A stretch of 64,000 nucleotides of DNA from Hydrurus foetidus (taxonomy: Eukaryota). Below the pieces are notes generated by a model. The model saw nothing but the letters and a program-made list of their open reading frames with translations, did not search any database and was not told the origin of the DNA. This document shows positions 30,820 through 41,959 of this stretch, one piece after another (positions within the stretch are counted from its first letter, which is position 1; the number at the start of each line of letters is the position of its first letter). The translations under genes were made by a program, and so were the position numbers. Where the stretch lies: contig UYFQ01000001.1 of NCBI GenBank assembly GCA_900617105.1, positions 1,612,001 to 1,676,000 on the forward strand, given 5' to 3'.

Positions 30820-33800
30820 CTACTCGTACACAATGTGGGCGCTGCCACCATCGGCCTGCGCAGCCCAGCTGGCCAACGCGGCGTTGGTCGGAAAAAACCG
30901 CGCTTTATCGTTCAATAGGTAGTCGCCAGTCACATCGCCAAACTCGGCATGCCGCTTGATGCGCAGCCGCACAGGCAGGCCGCGCAGCAGCTCCCCCTGC
31001 TCGGTCATTTCGCGGCGCGGCGGAAAGCTGTTGACCAGCCGTTCGATATTGGGTGCCACGCCGTTCACGTGCACATGCAGGTACTTGCCAAACTTGCAGC
31101 GAGCGGCCTCCAGGTCCCACACCTGCGTGACTTTAAAACGCCGCCCAAAGCGCTCAGACGCGCCCTGCAGCGTGCCCTGCACAATGACCAATTCATCGTC
31201 TTTAAGCAAATGGCGATTGGCGTTGTACATCGCCTCGTCGACCGACGCTTCGAGTGTGTCGGTTTTGTCGTCGAGTTTAAAAATAATCACTTTGCCGCGA
31301 TTGCCATTAATCACCCGCAAGTCATTGACGATAGCCGCCAGCAAACGCGACTCACGCGAATCCATCAGGTCTTCAAGCTTTAGCTTGGCAAAGCGCCTGA
31401 CTTCATGCTCAACCTCGTCAAACAAATGGCCTGACAGGTAGAAGCCGACTGCAGTTTTTTCGTGCACCAGCCGCTCTTTGATGCCGAAGGGCACCGCCGC
31501 AATCAGCGCGGGTTCCTGGGTGCTGGCCGCGTGTGAGTCCATGTCGAACAAGCCGCCTTGGTTGGCATTGGCCTCGGTGGCAGCCGCAAAGTCAAACGCT
31601 TGGTCGCAAGACGCCAACAACTCAGCGCGGTTCAAATGCAGGTTGTCAAATGCACCAGCTTTAATCAGCGCCTCAACTGCTCGCTTGTTGATTTTTGACT
31701 TGTCGACCCGCACGCAAAAGTCATACAGCGATGTAAATGCACCACCTTCAAGACGCGCCGCCACAATGGCGGCTACTGCCTGCTCGCCAGTGCCTTTTAC
31801 CGCGCCCAGGCCGTAGCGAATGCTGGTGTTGCTGATAGGCTCAAAACGGTAGTGGCCGCGATTGATGTCGGGCGGCTCAAAGCTCATGCCCATCTTTTGC
31901 GCATCTTGAAACAGCGCCTTTAATTTGTCGGTGTCGTCCATTTCCACCGTCATGTTGGCGCAGAAAAACTCGGCGGTGTAGTGCACCTTCAGCCAGCCCG
32001 TGTGGTACGCCAGCAAAGCGTAAGCCGCGGAGTGGGCTTTGTTAAAACCGTAGCCCGCAAACTTTTCCATCAAGTCAAAAACTTCGTCGGCTTTTTCTTC
32101 GCTTAAGCCATTGACGCCCGCGCCTTTGCGAAAAATACCGCGCTGCGCGGCCATTTCTTTTTCGTCTTTTTTACCCATCGCCTTGCGCAAAATGTCAGCA
32201 CTGCCCAGCGAATAGCCACCCAAAATTTGAGCGGTCTGCATCACCTGCTCTTGGTAAATCATGATGCCGTAGGTTTCTTCCAGCATCGGCTTGACGCGCG
32301 GGTCTGGGTATTCCGGCGCTTCTTTGCCCTGCTTTCGGGCGATGTAGCTCGGTATCAAGTCCATCGGGCCGGGCCGGTACAGCGCGTTCATGGCAATCAG
32401 GTCTTCCAGCCGGGTTGGCTTGGCGTCTTTGAGCATGCGCTGCATGCCGGTGCTTTCAAACTGAAACACTGCTTCGGTTTGCCCTTCAGCAAACAGCTTG
32501 TAAACACGCGCGTCGTCTAGCGGCAGGTTTTCATAGGCAAAGTCTTTTTGCGACGGGTGGCGCGCGGTAATAAAGTTTTTGGCAATTTCCAAAATCGTCA
32601 GCGTGGCCAATCCCAAAAAGTCGAACTTGACCAGGCCAATTGCCTCTACGTCGTTTTTGTCGAATTGGCTGACGGCAGACGTGCTGCCGGGCTGCAGGTA
32701 CAGCGGGCAAAAATCGGTCAGCTTGCCCGGCGCAATCAATACGCCGCCGGCATGCATGCCGATATTGCGGGTCAGGCCTTCGAGCTTGCGGGCGAGTTCA
32801 AGCAGCGTGCGTACGTCTTCTTCCTTGCGCTCGCGCTCGGCCAAAATCGGCTCGGCTTCGAGTGCGTACACCAACTTGTCGTTCTTGTTGCGTTCGGCTG
32901 GCAGCAGTTGCAGCGTGACTGCTTGGCCGGGTTTGTTCGGAATCAGTTTGGAAATGCCGTCGCAAAACCCATAGGGGAAGTCAAGCACACGGCCCACGTC
33001 ACGAATCACGGCGCGCGCGGCCATGGTGCCAAAGGTTACGATTTGACTCACCGCTTGGTGGCCGTATTTGTCTTTCACATAATCGATCACGCGGTCGCGA
33101 TTGGTTTGGCAAAAGTCAATGTCGAAGTCGGGCATCGACACCCGCTCGGGGTTTAAAAAACGCTCGAACAGCAGGTTGTATTGCAGCGGGTCAAGATCAG
33201 TAATCTTCAGCGAATACGCAACGAGCGAGCCCGCACCCGAGCCCCGCCCTGGCCCGACCGGGCAGCCATTGTTTTTTGCCCAGTTAATGAAGTCGCCAAC
33301 AATTAAAAAGTAGCCGGGGAAACCCATGTTCAAAATCGTTTTGATCTCAAACTCCAGCCGCGCGACGTAAACCGGCCGCTTTGCATCGCGCAATTCAGCG
33401 TTGGGGTACAGGTGCGCGAGGCGCTCTTCGAGCCCTTCAAAAGACGTTTGGCGAAAGTAATCATCAGCGGCCATCCGCACGCCATTGACTTCAGGCGTAG
33501 GGTAGTCCGGCAGCATGGGCTTGCCGAGTTCGAGCTTTAAATTGCAACGCTTGGCAATTTCTAACGTGTTGGCAATAGCTGTGGGAATATCGGCGAACAG
33601 CGCTTGCATTTGCGCGGCAGATTTGAAATATTGCTCCCGTGTGAACTTGCGAGGCCGGCGCGCATTGCCCAGTATTTCACCTTCAGAAATACAGACCCGT
33701 GCCTCGTGCGCTTCGTAATCGTCGTAGGTTAAAAACTGCACAGGGTGCGTCGCTACTACGGGCAACTTCAGGAGAGCCGCCAGTTGCACCGCCGCAGGCA

Positions 33801-34344
33801 CATGCTGCGCGTCGTCTGCCTGGTCAGCACGCTGCAACTCAATGTAAAAGCGATGCGGAAAAACGCCCGCAAAATGCAAAGCGCATTCCACAGCTCTGGC
33901 CTCATCACCTTGCACCAGTGCTTGCCCGATTGCGCCGCGTTGGGCGCCAGAAAGCGCGATTAAACCGTCATTAAGTTCAGTTAACCAGGCCAAACTGATG
34001 ATGGCATTGCCAGCCACCACGCCGCGTGTCCACGCCCGCGTCAGCAACTCCGATAAATTCAGATATCCCCGGTGGTTTTGCGCCAAAAGCAGCAAGCGGG
34101 CGGGCGGTGCGCTGGCGTCTTTGCCCGGCACCTGCACCCAAACGTCTGCCGCAATCAGTGGTTTAACGCCGTTATTGCGGGCCGCCTTGTAAAACTTCAC
34201 CGTGCCAAACAGGTTGCTCAAGTCGCTGACGGCCAGTGCGGGCTGCCCATCCAGTGCGGCTGCAGCGGCTATCTCATCGATGCGGTTGGTACCGTCGACG
34301 ACGGAAAATTCGGTGTGCAAGCGTAAATGAACAAACATCGCCAC
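30820..34344 (-). CDS. dnaE: DNA polymerase III alpha subunit
   Basis: FVHLRLHTEFS, GPGRGSGAGS, MPDFDIDF, YGFNKAH. Confidence 0.98.
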   Translation of the reverse strand: MAMFVHLRLHTEFSVVDGTNRIDEIAAAAALDGQPALAVSDLSNLFGTVKFYKAARNNGVKPLIAADVWVQVPGKDASAPPARLLLLAQNHRGYLNLSELLTRAWTRGVVAGNAIISLAWLTELNDGLIALSGAQRGAIGQALVQGDEARAVECALHFAGVFPHRFYIELQRADQADDAQHVPAAVQLAALLKLPVVATHPVQFLTYDDYEAHEARVCISEGEILGNARRPRKFTREQYFKSAAQMQALFADIPTAIANTLEIAKRCNLKLELGKPMLPDYPTPEVNGVRMAADDYFRQTSFEGLEERLAHLYPNAELRDAKRPVYVARLEFEIKTILNMGFPGYFLIVGDFINWAKNNGCPVGPGRGSGAGSLVAYSLKITDLDPLQYNLLFERFLNPERVSMPDFDIDFCQTNRDRVIDYVKDKYGHQAVSQIVTFGTMAARAVIRDVGRVLDFPYGFCDGISKLIPNKPGQAVTLQLLPAERNKNDKLVYALEAEPILAERERKEEDVRTLLELARKLEGLTRNIGMHAGGVLIAPGKLTDFCPLYLQPGSTSAVSQFDKNDVEAIGLVKFDFLGLATLTILEIAKNFITARHPSQKDFAYENLPLDDARVYKLFAEGQTEAVFQFESTGMQRMLKDAKPTRLEDLIAMNALYRPGPMDLIPSYIARKQGKEAPEYPDPRVKPMLEETYGIMIYQEQVMQTAQILGGYSLGSADILRKAMGKKDEKEMAAQRGIFRKGAGVNGLSEEKADEVFDLMEKFAGYGFNKAHSAAYALLAYHTGWLKVHYTAEFFCANMTVEMDDTDKLKALFQDAQKMGMSFEPPDINRGHYRFEPISNTSIRYGLGAVKGTGEQAVAAIVAARLEGGAFTSLYDFCVRVDKSKINKRAVEALIKAGAFDNLHLNRAELLASCDQAFDFAAATEANANQGGLFDMDSHAASTQEPALIAAVPFGIKERLVHEKTAVGFYLSGHLFDEVEHEVRRFAKLKLEDLMDSRESRLLAAIVNDLRVINGNRGKVIIFKLDDKTDTLEASVDEAMYNANRHLLKDDELVIVQGTLQGASERFGRRFKVTQVWDLEAARCKFGKYLHVHVNGVAPNIERLVNSFPPRREMTEQGELLRGLPVRLRIKRHAEFGDVTGDYLLNDKARFFPTNAALASWAAQADGGSAHIVYE

Positions 34345-34457
34345 ATTTTAAAGGCTGCAAAAACGCACGCTGTGCGAAAAACACCGTCACTTTTTAAGGT
34401 TTTGGCTTACAAATTTGTCTGCCCGCTTGCCTGACCATGAGGCTTTGGAGAAATGTG

Positions 34458-35801
34458 ATGCCTACCTACTCTGCCCACACCCATCGTTTGCGAGACAACT
34501 CGCCACCCCAGCCTAGCTCACTGGCCGACCAGTTTTTAGGGGTTCGCGCGCAAACTGAAGCCTTAGCCAAGCCCTTGACGCCAGAAGACTGCCAATTGCA
34601 GTCGATGCCGGATGCCAGCCCCACCAAGTGGCACTTGGCGCACTTAACCTGGTTTTTTGAAACTTTCATCCTGGAAAAATTCGAGCCGGGGTTTGAGCCT
34701 TTCGATGCAAGGTTTCGCGTGCTGTTCAACAGCTACTACAACGGCATTGGCGACAAACACCCACGCGCCCAGCGCGGATTGATCAGCCGCCCGGGTTTGG
34801 CCGACGTGCTGGCCTACCGCAGTCAGGTCAATGAGCGCGTGTTGGCGGTTTTATCGGAGCCGTCGGCGGTGTTGAACCAGGAACTGATTCAGCTCATCAC
34901 CCTTGGGTTGCACCACGAGCAGCAGCATCAAGAGCTGATTCTTACCGACATCAAGCATGCGCTGTGGTGCAACCCCGCCAAACCACCGTATGCCAGGCGC
35001 TGGCCGTTGTCGCGCGTTGCGCCGCACGAGCTGCGCTGGCAGCGCTACCAAGGCGGATTGGTCGAGCATGGTGCCGATGCTATCGCCAATGAATTTGTTT
35101 TTGACAACGAAACCCCGCGCCACAGCGTGTACGTGCCCCCGTTTGAGCTGGCGAGCCGCCCAGTGACCAATGGCGACTGGCTGGCCTTCATGGCAGACGG
35201 CGGCTACCAGCGCCCCGAACTGTGGCTGTCGATGGGTTGGGATTGGTTGCAAGCCGGGGGTGGGGGTGAAGCTGTGGCCGTTGCCAAAACCATGCCGCTG
35301 TATTGGCAAGGCGAAAACGGCGACTACCAAAATTTCACGCTGCACGGCATGGTGGCGATTGACACGCACACGCCCGTCTGTCACATCAGCTATTTTGAGG
35401 CAGACGCCTTTGCGCGCTGGTCAAAGGCTCGCCTGCCGACAGAGTTTGAATGGGAGCTGGCTGCCACCGCGTTGCATGACAAAACGCCGCGCGGCAATTT
35501 TTCAGAGAGCAAAGTTTTTCACCCCATGGCCGCGCAGCAGGCCGACGCAGTCGACCCGTCTCAACTGTTTGGTGATGTATGGGAATGGACGCAATCCAAC
35601 TACAACCCCTACCCCGGCCATCGCCCGTGGGACGGGCTGGCCGGCGAATACAACGCCAAATTTATGTGCAACCAGTTTGTGCTGCGGGGCGGCTCATGCG
35701 CCACGCCGCAAAGCCACATTCGCGCCACCTACCGCAACTTTTTCCCACCTGATGCGCAGTGGCAGTTCAGCGGCCTGCGGCTGGCACGCGATGTGGGTTA
35801 A
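34458..35801 (+). CDS. egtB: Ergothioneine sulfoxide synthase
   Basis: QSMPDASPTKWHLAH, FNSYY, HEQQHQE, FGE-sulfatase domain, GEYNAKFM. Confidence 0.92.
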   Translation: MPTYSAHTHRLRDNSPPQPSSLADQFLGVRAQTEALAKPLTPEDCQLQSMPDASPTKWHLAHLTWFFETFILEKFEPGFEPFDARFRVLFNSYYNGIGDKHPRAQRGLISRPGLADVLAYRSQVNERVLAVLSEPSAVLNQELIQLITLGLHHEQQHQELILTDIKHALWCNPAKPPYARRWPLSRVAPHELRWQRYQGGLVEHGADAIANEFVFDNETPRHSVYVPPFELASRPVTNGDWLAFMADGGYQRPELWLSMGWDWLQAGGGGEAVAVAKTMPLYWQGENGDYQNFTLHGMVAIDTHTPVCHISYFEADAFARWSKARLPTEFEWELAATALHDKTPRGNFSESKVFHPMAAQQADAVDPSQLFGDVWEWTQSNYNPYPGHRPWDGLAGEYNAKFMCNQFVLRGGSCATPQSHIRATYRNFFPPDAQWQFSGLRLARDVG

Positions 35802-36673
35802 ATGGGTTTATCAGGCAGGGGAATAATCTCCGCGTCGCCATCAACCACGCCCATGGTCTGTGCTTTCCAGTCGTGTGCGGCCTGCACAATCCGGTCTTTT
35901 CGGCTGGACACAAAATTCCACCACATCAGGCGATGCCCGTCGAGCGCATCGCCGCCAATCACCAAAAGGCGTGCTGCCTTTGATGCAGAGATGCGCGCGC
36001 CAACGGAAGGCGCAAGCAACGCCAGGGTGTGCGCTGGCAGCGGCACGCCATCAATGTCAACCGTGCTGTCAATGGCGTACACCGCCAGCTCAGCGGCTAG
36101 GGGCGGCAGTTCAAACACGCCGTTGCGGGCAATTTTTACGTCCAGATAAATCGTTGGCGCAAATGTTTTAACGGGCGAGGTTTTGCCAAACGCCTGGCCT
36201 ATCAATACACGAATCGCTGCATCGCCCACTGCGACTTCTGGAATGCTGGCCGAGGGCGTATGAACGAAATCAGGTTCCACCTCTTCAAACGCTTTGGGCA
36301 ACGCCGCCCACAGCTGAATGCCGTGGTTAACGTAAGTACTGCCTTTGAGCTCTTGCGGGCCGCGCTCTGAATGCACAATGCCGCGCCCTGCTGTCATCCA
36401 GTTGATGGCCCCGGGCTCGATCAGTTGGGCAAAGCCCAAGCTGTCGCTATGCATGATGGCGCCGCTAAATAAATAAGTCACTGTCGCCAGACCAATGTGC
36501 GGGTGCGGCCTGACGTCATGGCTTTGGCCAGGCGCTACCGTGACTGGTCCGAAATGGTCAAAAAACAAGAACGGGCCAACTGCCTGCCGCTGGGCAGCGG
36601 GCAACAGGCGGCGAACGATAAACCCGCCGCCCAAGTCCTTGTTTTTCCCAGTCAGTTGCAGCGCGATGGTCAT
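35798..36673 (-). CDS. Pirin family protein
   Basis: GPFLFFDHFG, HPHIG, MTAGRGIVHSE. Confidence 0.92.
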   Translation of the reverse strand: MTIALQLTGKNKDLGGGFIVRRLLPAAQRQAVGPFLFFDHFGPVTVAPGQSHDVRPHPHIGLATVTYLFSGAIMHSDSLGFAQLIEPGAINWMTAGRGIVHSERGPQELKGSTYVNHGIQLWAALPKAFEEVEPDFVHTPSASIPEVAVGDAAIRVLIGQAFGKTSPVKTFAPTIYLDVKIARNGVFELPPLAAELAVYAIDSTVDIDGVPLPAHTLALLAPSVGARISASKAARLLVIGGDALDGHRLMWWNFVSSRKDRIVQAAHDWKAQTMGVVDGDAEIIPLPDKPI

Positions 36674-36703
36674 GGCAGAGCAACAAATTTAGCAGCGTAA
36701 CGA

Positions 36704-37237
36704 TCAGCCGCGCAGCTTGGTAGCCACTTCAGCCACGCGCTTGCCGTACGCCGCTGCGGTGTCTAAATCGCCCTGCGGAATAGCGCTGGCCGGGTCTTGC
36801 GGGCCGACTTGCGCCATCACGCCTGAGTTGGAACCGATGCGGTTGATGGTGCCGTCATTCAGCGCGGGCTGACCCACCCAAATCATGCCTTGCTGCATAG
36901 CCAGCGTGATGAAGTACTGGATGGTCGACAGCTTGTCGCCGCTGGGGCTGGCGCTGCAGGTAAAGCCGCCGGCGATTTTGTCTTTCCAGGCGCTGGTGAA
37001 CCATTTTTTGCTCGTGGCGTCGGCAAACTTTTTAAACTGCCAGCTGGCCATGCCCATGTAGGTGGGGCTGCCCATGATGATGGCGTCAGCGGCATCCAGG
37101 CTGGCCCAATGCTCGTCGGTCAAATTACCGTCTGCGTCAATGGCGATCAGCTCTGCGCCTGCGCCGTCAGAGACAAACTGCGCGACGCGCTGGGTATGGC
37201 CATAACCGGAGTGATAAACAACAACTACTTTTGACAT
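36704..37237 (-). CDS. WrbA-like flavodoxin
   Basis: HSGYGHT, GSPTYMG. Confidence 0.88.
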   Translation of the reverse strand: MSKVVVVYHSGYGHTQRVAQFVSDGAGAELIAIDADGNLTDEHWASLDAADAIIMGSPTYMGMASWQFKKFADATSKKWFTSAWKDKIAGGFTCSASPSGDKLSTIQYFITLAMQQGMIWVGQPALNDGTINRIGSNSGVMAQVGPQDPASAIPQGDLDTAAAYGKRVAEVATKLRG

Positions 37238-37296
37238 GAAAAAATCCTGATGAAGTTAAAAGAACAGAAAAATAAAAGAGACAGGCTAATCGAAAT

Positions 37297-37689
37297 TTAA
37301 CCGCCGCGCTTGGCGTCCACGCTCCAGGCGCCTGCGCCCCACGCCGCCACGGTCAGCAAGCCGCCGACGACGGCCATATTTTTGAAAAACGCCTGCATTT
37401 GGGACGGGTCAGACAAGGGGTGAAAAATGAACGAAATCACGAAAGTAAAAAACGCAATGCCCAGCGCCGCCCAGCGAGTTTGAAAGCCCACCAGCAACAA
37501 AAGACCCAAGCCAAGTTCCACGGCGATGGCAATTGCAATGGCCAGCTCAGGCAGCGGCACGCCTTTGGAAGCAGCGTATCCAACGGTACCCGCAAAGCCG
37601 CCAATTTTGCTGAAACCAGCAGGTATGAACAGCCAAGCCAGCAGCAAGCGGCCAACCAAAGACAGTGGGTTTTGAAGAGAAGTAAACAT
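37297..37689 (-). CDS. DoxX family membrane protein
   Basis: GRLLL, ELGLG, TRWAA, FFKN, GAGAWSVD. Confidence 0.9.
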   Translation of the reverse strand: MFTSLQNPLSLVGRLLLAWLFIPAGFSKIGGFAGTVGYAASKGVPLPELAIAIAIAVELGLGLLLLVGFQTRWAALGIAFFTFVISFIFHPLSDPSQMQAFFKNMAVVGGLLTVAAWGAGAWSVDAKRGG

Positions 37690-37767
37690 GATTAGACCTT
37701 TTAAAAAGTGAAACTGAAAATAAAAAATTCTGGGCAAGCAGGGTAAGCATGACAAATTGCGCGCAGA

Positions 37768-38469
37768 TCACCCCGCTAGGTCAAACACCAACACTTGCGC
37801 GTCGTGCCCGTTGGCCAATTGCAACTGACTCTCTTGCACCAGCAAAGCGGCATCGCCCGGCTCAAGCTGTAGGCCATTGGCTTGCAGCTGGCCGCTGATC
37901 AGCTGTACGTAAGCCTTACGAGCTGGATCCAGCGCTAATTCAGCGGTTTCGCCAGCATCAAACAGCCCGGCGTACATTTTTGCGTCAGCATGAATCGTGA
38001 CTGACCCCGCCGCCCCATCGTTCGACGCCACCAGGCGCAATTTGCCGCGCTTGTCTTGCGCCGCGAAAGTTTTTTGCTCGTAGCCCGGCGCAATGCCTTT
38101 CACGTTGGGCTCTATCCAGATTTGCAAAAAATGCGTGGTTTGGCCTTCAGCGTGATTGAACTCGCTGTGCTGCACGCTGCTGCCCGCGCTCATGCGCTGC
38201 ACATCGCCCGGCGGTATGCCTACAGTGTTGCCCATGCTGTCTTTGTGCGCCAGGTTGCCGTGCAGCACGTAGCTGATGATTTCCATGTCTTGGTGGCCAT
38301 GCGTGCCAAAGCCCTTGCCGGGGGCAATGCGGTCTTCGTTAATCACGCGCAAGTTACCAAAGCCCATGTGCTGGGCGTCGTAATAGCCCGCGAACGAGAA
38401 CGAGTGGTACGACTTGAGCCAGCCGTGATCGGCGTAGCCACGGTCTGAAGATTTTCTGAGGGTGATCAT
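37768..38469 (-). CDS. Pirin (YhhW/YhaK-like)
   Basis: HGWLKSYHSFSF, LRVINED, HGHQDMEI. Confidence 0.93.
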   Translation of the reverse strand: MITLRKSSDRGYADHGWLKSYHSFSFAGYYDAQHMGFGNLRVINEDRIAPGKGFGTHGHQDMEIISYVLHGNLAHKDSMGNTVGIPPGDVQRMSAGSSVQHSEFNHAEGQTTHFLQIWIEPNVKGIAPGYEQKTFAAQDKRGKLRLVASNDGAAGSVTIHADAKMYAGLFDAGETAELALDPARKAYVQLISGQLQANGLQLEPGDAALLVQESQLQLANGHDAQVLVFDLAG

Positions 38470-38666
38470 GCTGGGCTCCTTTCAATTAGCTTTCAATTAG
38501 TATTTATTTACTGTTTAACTGCTGCTCGAGTAACGCTTGATTAACGTTGAATCAAGGCTTACTCAACTTTTAACAAACTTGAAGTCAACTGTAATAAGCC
38601 AAGCGTAAAAAACGGTTGCTTTAATTTGATGGCATCATTGAAAAAAACTGAACGATTGAGCCATTC

Positions 38667-39599
38667 ATGTTAAAAAATTCAATACGCGATTCGTTAACGC
38701 CCGACGCCTTGGCCATGTTGGGCGCGGTGCATCGCACCGGCAGCATGGCCGCTGCTGCGCGGGAAATGAACATGGTGCCCAGCGCCATCACTTACCGGGT
38801 GCGCCAGCTCGAAGACGCGCTCGATGTTTTGCTATTCGACCGCTCGTCACGCCGCGCCGCGCTGACGCCTGCTGGCCACGAACTGCTCAAAGAAGGTGAG
38901 CGACTGCTGGTGGAGCTCGACGCAATTGCCAACCGCGTCAAACGCGTGGCCACCGGCTGGGAGCCGCAACTTACGCTGGCAGTTGACACGATTGTGTCGC
39001 GCAGCACCGTGATGGAGCTGTGCAGCGCATTTTTTGCGCTGGGCTCGCCCACCCGGCTCAAGCTGCGGGAAGAGGCGTTGTCGGGCACGCTGCAGGCGTT
39101 GACATCGGGCCAGGCTGACCTGGCGCTGGGCGTGGTCATGGAGCCGACCACCGACAGCTTGCTGCACAGCAAGCCGCTGGGCACTATTGAATTTGTGTAT
39201 GCCGTAGCGCCGCACCACCCGCTGGCCGCAGCCACAGTGCCAATTACCGACGCCATGATGCTGGCGCACCGGGTGGTGGCCGTGGCTGATTCGGTTCAGC
39301 GCGGCAGCGGCGTGTCGATTGGCCTGTTGGGCGGGCAAGACGTGTTTACCGTGCCAGGCATGCCGGCCAAGCTCGACGCGCAGCTGCGCGGGCTGGGCGC
39401 TGGTTTTTTGCCTGAATACCTGGCGCGGCCGTACCTGCAATCGGGCTTGCTTGTCGCGAAAAAAGTGGCCCAAACTGAGCGGCTGGTTAAACCCAGCTAC
39501 GCCTGGCGCGCGGCCAGCGGCGGCCCAGGCCGGGCGCTGCAGTGGTGGCTAAAGCAACTGGACAAGCCCAAAACCCGCAAGGCGCTGCTTGAGCAATGA
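38667..39599 (+). CDS. LysR family regulator (YhaJ-like)
   Basis: GSMAAAARE..PSAITY HTH; divergent from pirin. Confidence 0.9.
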   Translation: MLKNSIRDSLTPDALAMLGAVHRTGSMAAAAREMNMVPSAITYRVRQLEDALDVLLFDRSSRRAALTPAGHELLKEGERLLVELDAIANRVKRVATGWEPQLTLAVDTIVSRSTVMELCSAFFALGSPTRLKLREEALSGTLQALTSGQADLALGVVMEPTTDSLLHSKPLGTIEFVYAVAPHHPLAAATVPITDAMMLAHRVVAVADSVQRGSGVSIGLLGGQDVFTVPGMPAKLDAQLRGLGAGFLPEYLARPYLQSGLLVAKKVAQTERLVKPSYAWRAASGGPGRALQWWLKQLDKPKTRKALLEQ

Positions 39600-39714
39600 G
39601 CGTTGCCAAAACCTGGCACTGGGCAAGCAACGCCGGCCGCCGCCTGATTAGCGACAACGCATCGGCTTCGAGTACATTGACAGCATCAACGCACAACGAA
39701 TCCTTAAAAAATAT

Positions 39715-40806
39715 ATGACAAAAAAACTGCGACCCGCCTCAGCGAAGGCTAAACCTCAAGCCCGCGCCGCCAAGCCCAAAAAAATCGCGGTCATCGGCGC
39801 GGGCATCGCGGGCATTGCCTGCGCGCGTACGCTGGCGCAAGCCGGCCACGACGTGGTGGTGTTTGAAAAAAGTCGCGGCGCAGGCGGGCGCATGTCTACC
39901 CGCAACACCGAATTTGGCGGCTTCGATCACGGTACCCAGTACTTCACGGTGCGTGACGCGCGCTTTGAAAAAGCACTCGCCACCAGCGGCTCATTGGTCA
40001 GGCCGTGGAGCGCCAACACCGTGCGCATACTTGATGAGCTGGGCCGCGTGGTGGCGTCCAGCCTGCCACCCAAAGAGGCGCATTGGGTGGCGGCGCCGGG
40101 AATGAATGCATTGGTTAAACATTGGGCGCAACCTTTAATTAGCGGTGGGCGGCTGCATTTTGAAACTCAGGTCAGCCGTATTGAAGCGGACAAGCTGACC
40201 AAAAACCAGTGGCAACTGCAAACTGACGGCGCCGACGGCACCGCCAGCGTTCATTCGGGATTTGATGCGGTGGTGATGGCCGTGCCCTCGCCGCAAGCGC
40301 AGGCGCTGCTGTTGTCTTCACAAATCGCCAAGCCGATGATGGCCAAAATTGCGGGCGTTAGCGTTGCTCCGTGCTGGACATTGATGCTCGCCTTTCCCCA
40401 GGCAGTGCAACCCAACCTGGCGCACCTTGGCCCGCAGTGGAACGCGGCGCGCAGCACGCACCACCGCATTGCGTGGCTGGCGCGCGAATCATCCAAGCCG
40501 GGCCGCGGCGCGATTGAACGCTGGACGGTGCAGGCCAGCCCTGAATGGTCAGAACGCCACCTGGAAGACGACGCCCCGCGCGTGACAGCCAAGCTGCTGA
40601 AAGCGTTTACCGAAGTCACCGGCATTCGCGCCCAGGCCACCTACGCACAAGTGCACCGCTGGCGCTATGCGCAAACCACCGAGCCGCTGGGCAAAACGCA
40701 TTTGTGGGACGCCACAGGCATTGGCGCGTGCGGCGACTGGTGCTTGGGGCACCGGGTTGAAGACGGCTTTGTGTCGGGGCTTGAAATGGCGCTGGCGCTG
40801 GCTTGA
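39715..40806 (+). CDS. Renalase-like FAD-dependent oxidoreductase
   Basis: GAGIAG, EKSRGAGGRMSTR, FDHG, HRWRYA, CGDW. Confidence 0.88.
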   Translation: MTKKLRPASAKAKPQARAAKPKKIAVIGAGIAGIACARTLAQAGHDVVVFEKSRGAGGRMSTRNTEFGGFDHGTQYFTVRDARFEKALATSGSLVRPWSANTVRILDELGRVVASSLPPKEAHWVAAPGMNALVKHWAQPLISGGRLHFETQVSRIEADKLTKNQWQLQTDGADGTASVHSGFDAVVMAVPSPQAQALLLSSQIAKPMMAKIAGVSVAPCWTLMLAFPQAVQPNLAHLGPQWNAARSTHHRIAWLARESSKPGRGAIERWTVQASPEWSERHLEDDAPRVTAKLLKAFTEVTGIRAQATYAQVHRWRYAQTTEPLGKTHLWDATGIGACGDWCLGHRVEDGFVSGLEMALALA

Positions 40807-40820
40807 CACTAGCCATATTA

Positions 40821-40874
40821 GCTATATTTTCAGGAGCTGCTCGCGCCCGTATTTATTGGGCTACAGGCTTCTTT
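40821..40874 (+). repeat. Family-1 element
   Basis: GCTATATTTTCAGGAGCTGCTCGCGCCCGTATTTATTGGGCTACAGGC. Confidence 0.9.
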
Positions 40875-40905
40875 TAATAAGATTTATTGCTTAAAAACGG
40901 CTGGA

Positions 40906-41841
40906 ATGTCTACGACAGCCTACCGGGGCAGATTCGCGCCCTCACCCACCGGCCCGCTTCACGCAGGCTCACTGGTCGCCGCATTGGCCAGTTGGCTGGA
41001 CGCCAAGGCCCACGGCGGCAAATGGCTGGTTCGGCTAGAAGACATTGACACCCCGCGCTGCGTGCCGGGGGCCGACCACTCCATCTTGCAGCAGTTGAGC
41101 GCTTGCGGCCTGCACCCCGACGAGCCGCCGGTTTACCAATCAAGGCGCGGCCCGCTTTACCAAAGTGCTTTAGACCAGCTGGTTGCGCAATCGCAGGCAT
41201 ACCCCTGCGGCTGTTCGCGGCTCGACGTTCAAGTTGCGGCGGCAGCGGCTGGGCAGTTGCGCGAGCGCCATGGCGAATGGGTTTACCCCGGCACCTGCCG
41301 CAGTGGGCTGCATGGCAAATCCGCCCGCTCGTGGCGGTTTTTAACGGCATTTGATGGATCAAATCGGTCTTTAGCCCAAACGATACAAGCGCGAGCAGCT
41401 CCTGATTTAGTAGCAACTACCGTGCACTGGACAGACCCGCTGCTAGGCGCACAAAGCCAAAACGTCAGCGCAGAGGTCGGCGACTTCGTATTAAAGCGTG
41501 CCGACGGCCTGTGGGCGTACCAGTTGGCGGTGGTGGTTGACGACGCGGCGCAGGGCATCACGCATGTTGTGCGCGGCCAAGACCTGGCCGACAACACTGC
41601 GCGGCAAATTTTGCTGCAGCGCGCGCTGGGCTTGCCGCCGCCGCAGTATTTGCACACGCCGCTGGTGCGTAGCGCCAATGGCGAAAAGCTGTCCAAGCAA
41701 AACGGCGCTGCCGGGGTAGCAATTGATGAGCCACTGCTTGCCTTGCAAGCCGCTGGCGCAGTGCTCGGCTTGACGTTAACGCAAACTACCGTAGCCACTT
41801 GGCTGGGGGCGGCGACTTCGGCGTGGCACGCAGGGTTTTGA
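40906..41841 (+). CDS. gluQ: Glutamyl-Q tRNA(Asp) synthetase
   Basis: [29 protein letters not shown]. Confidence 0.95.
   Translation: MSTTAYRGRFAPSPTGPLHAGSLVAALASWLDAKAHGGKWLVRLEDIDTPRCVPGADHSILQQLSACGLHPDEPPVYQSRRGPLYQSALDQLVAQSQAYPCGCSRLDVQVAAAAAGQLRERHGEWVYPGTCRSGLHGKSARSWRFLTAFDGSNRSLAQTIQARAAPDLVATTVHWTDPLLGAQSQNVSAEVGDFVLKRADGLWAYQLAVVVDDAAQGITHVVRGQDLADNTARQILLQRALGLPPPQYLHTPLVRSANGEKLSKQNGAAGVAIDEPLLALQAAGAVLGLTLTQTTVATWLGAATSAWHAGF
41361..41414 (-). repeat. Family-1 element inside gluQ
   Basis: Encodes [18 protein letters not shown]. Confidence 0.8.
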
Positions 41842-41959
41842 GCATTGCTGCCAAGTGCTACGCACGCTTACGATTGAACGTGTTACAAGCAGCCTGCCGC
41901 GCTTTGCCGATTGATTACTGACCAGAGCGCACCGGCCTGACTCCACAGCCGCTGGTGCC

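Noticed and set aside
34458..35801. Selenoneine synthase SenA or ovothiol OvoA
   Set aside because: No senB/senC neighbours or C-terminal methyltransferase; motifs fit EgtB and egtD is present.
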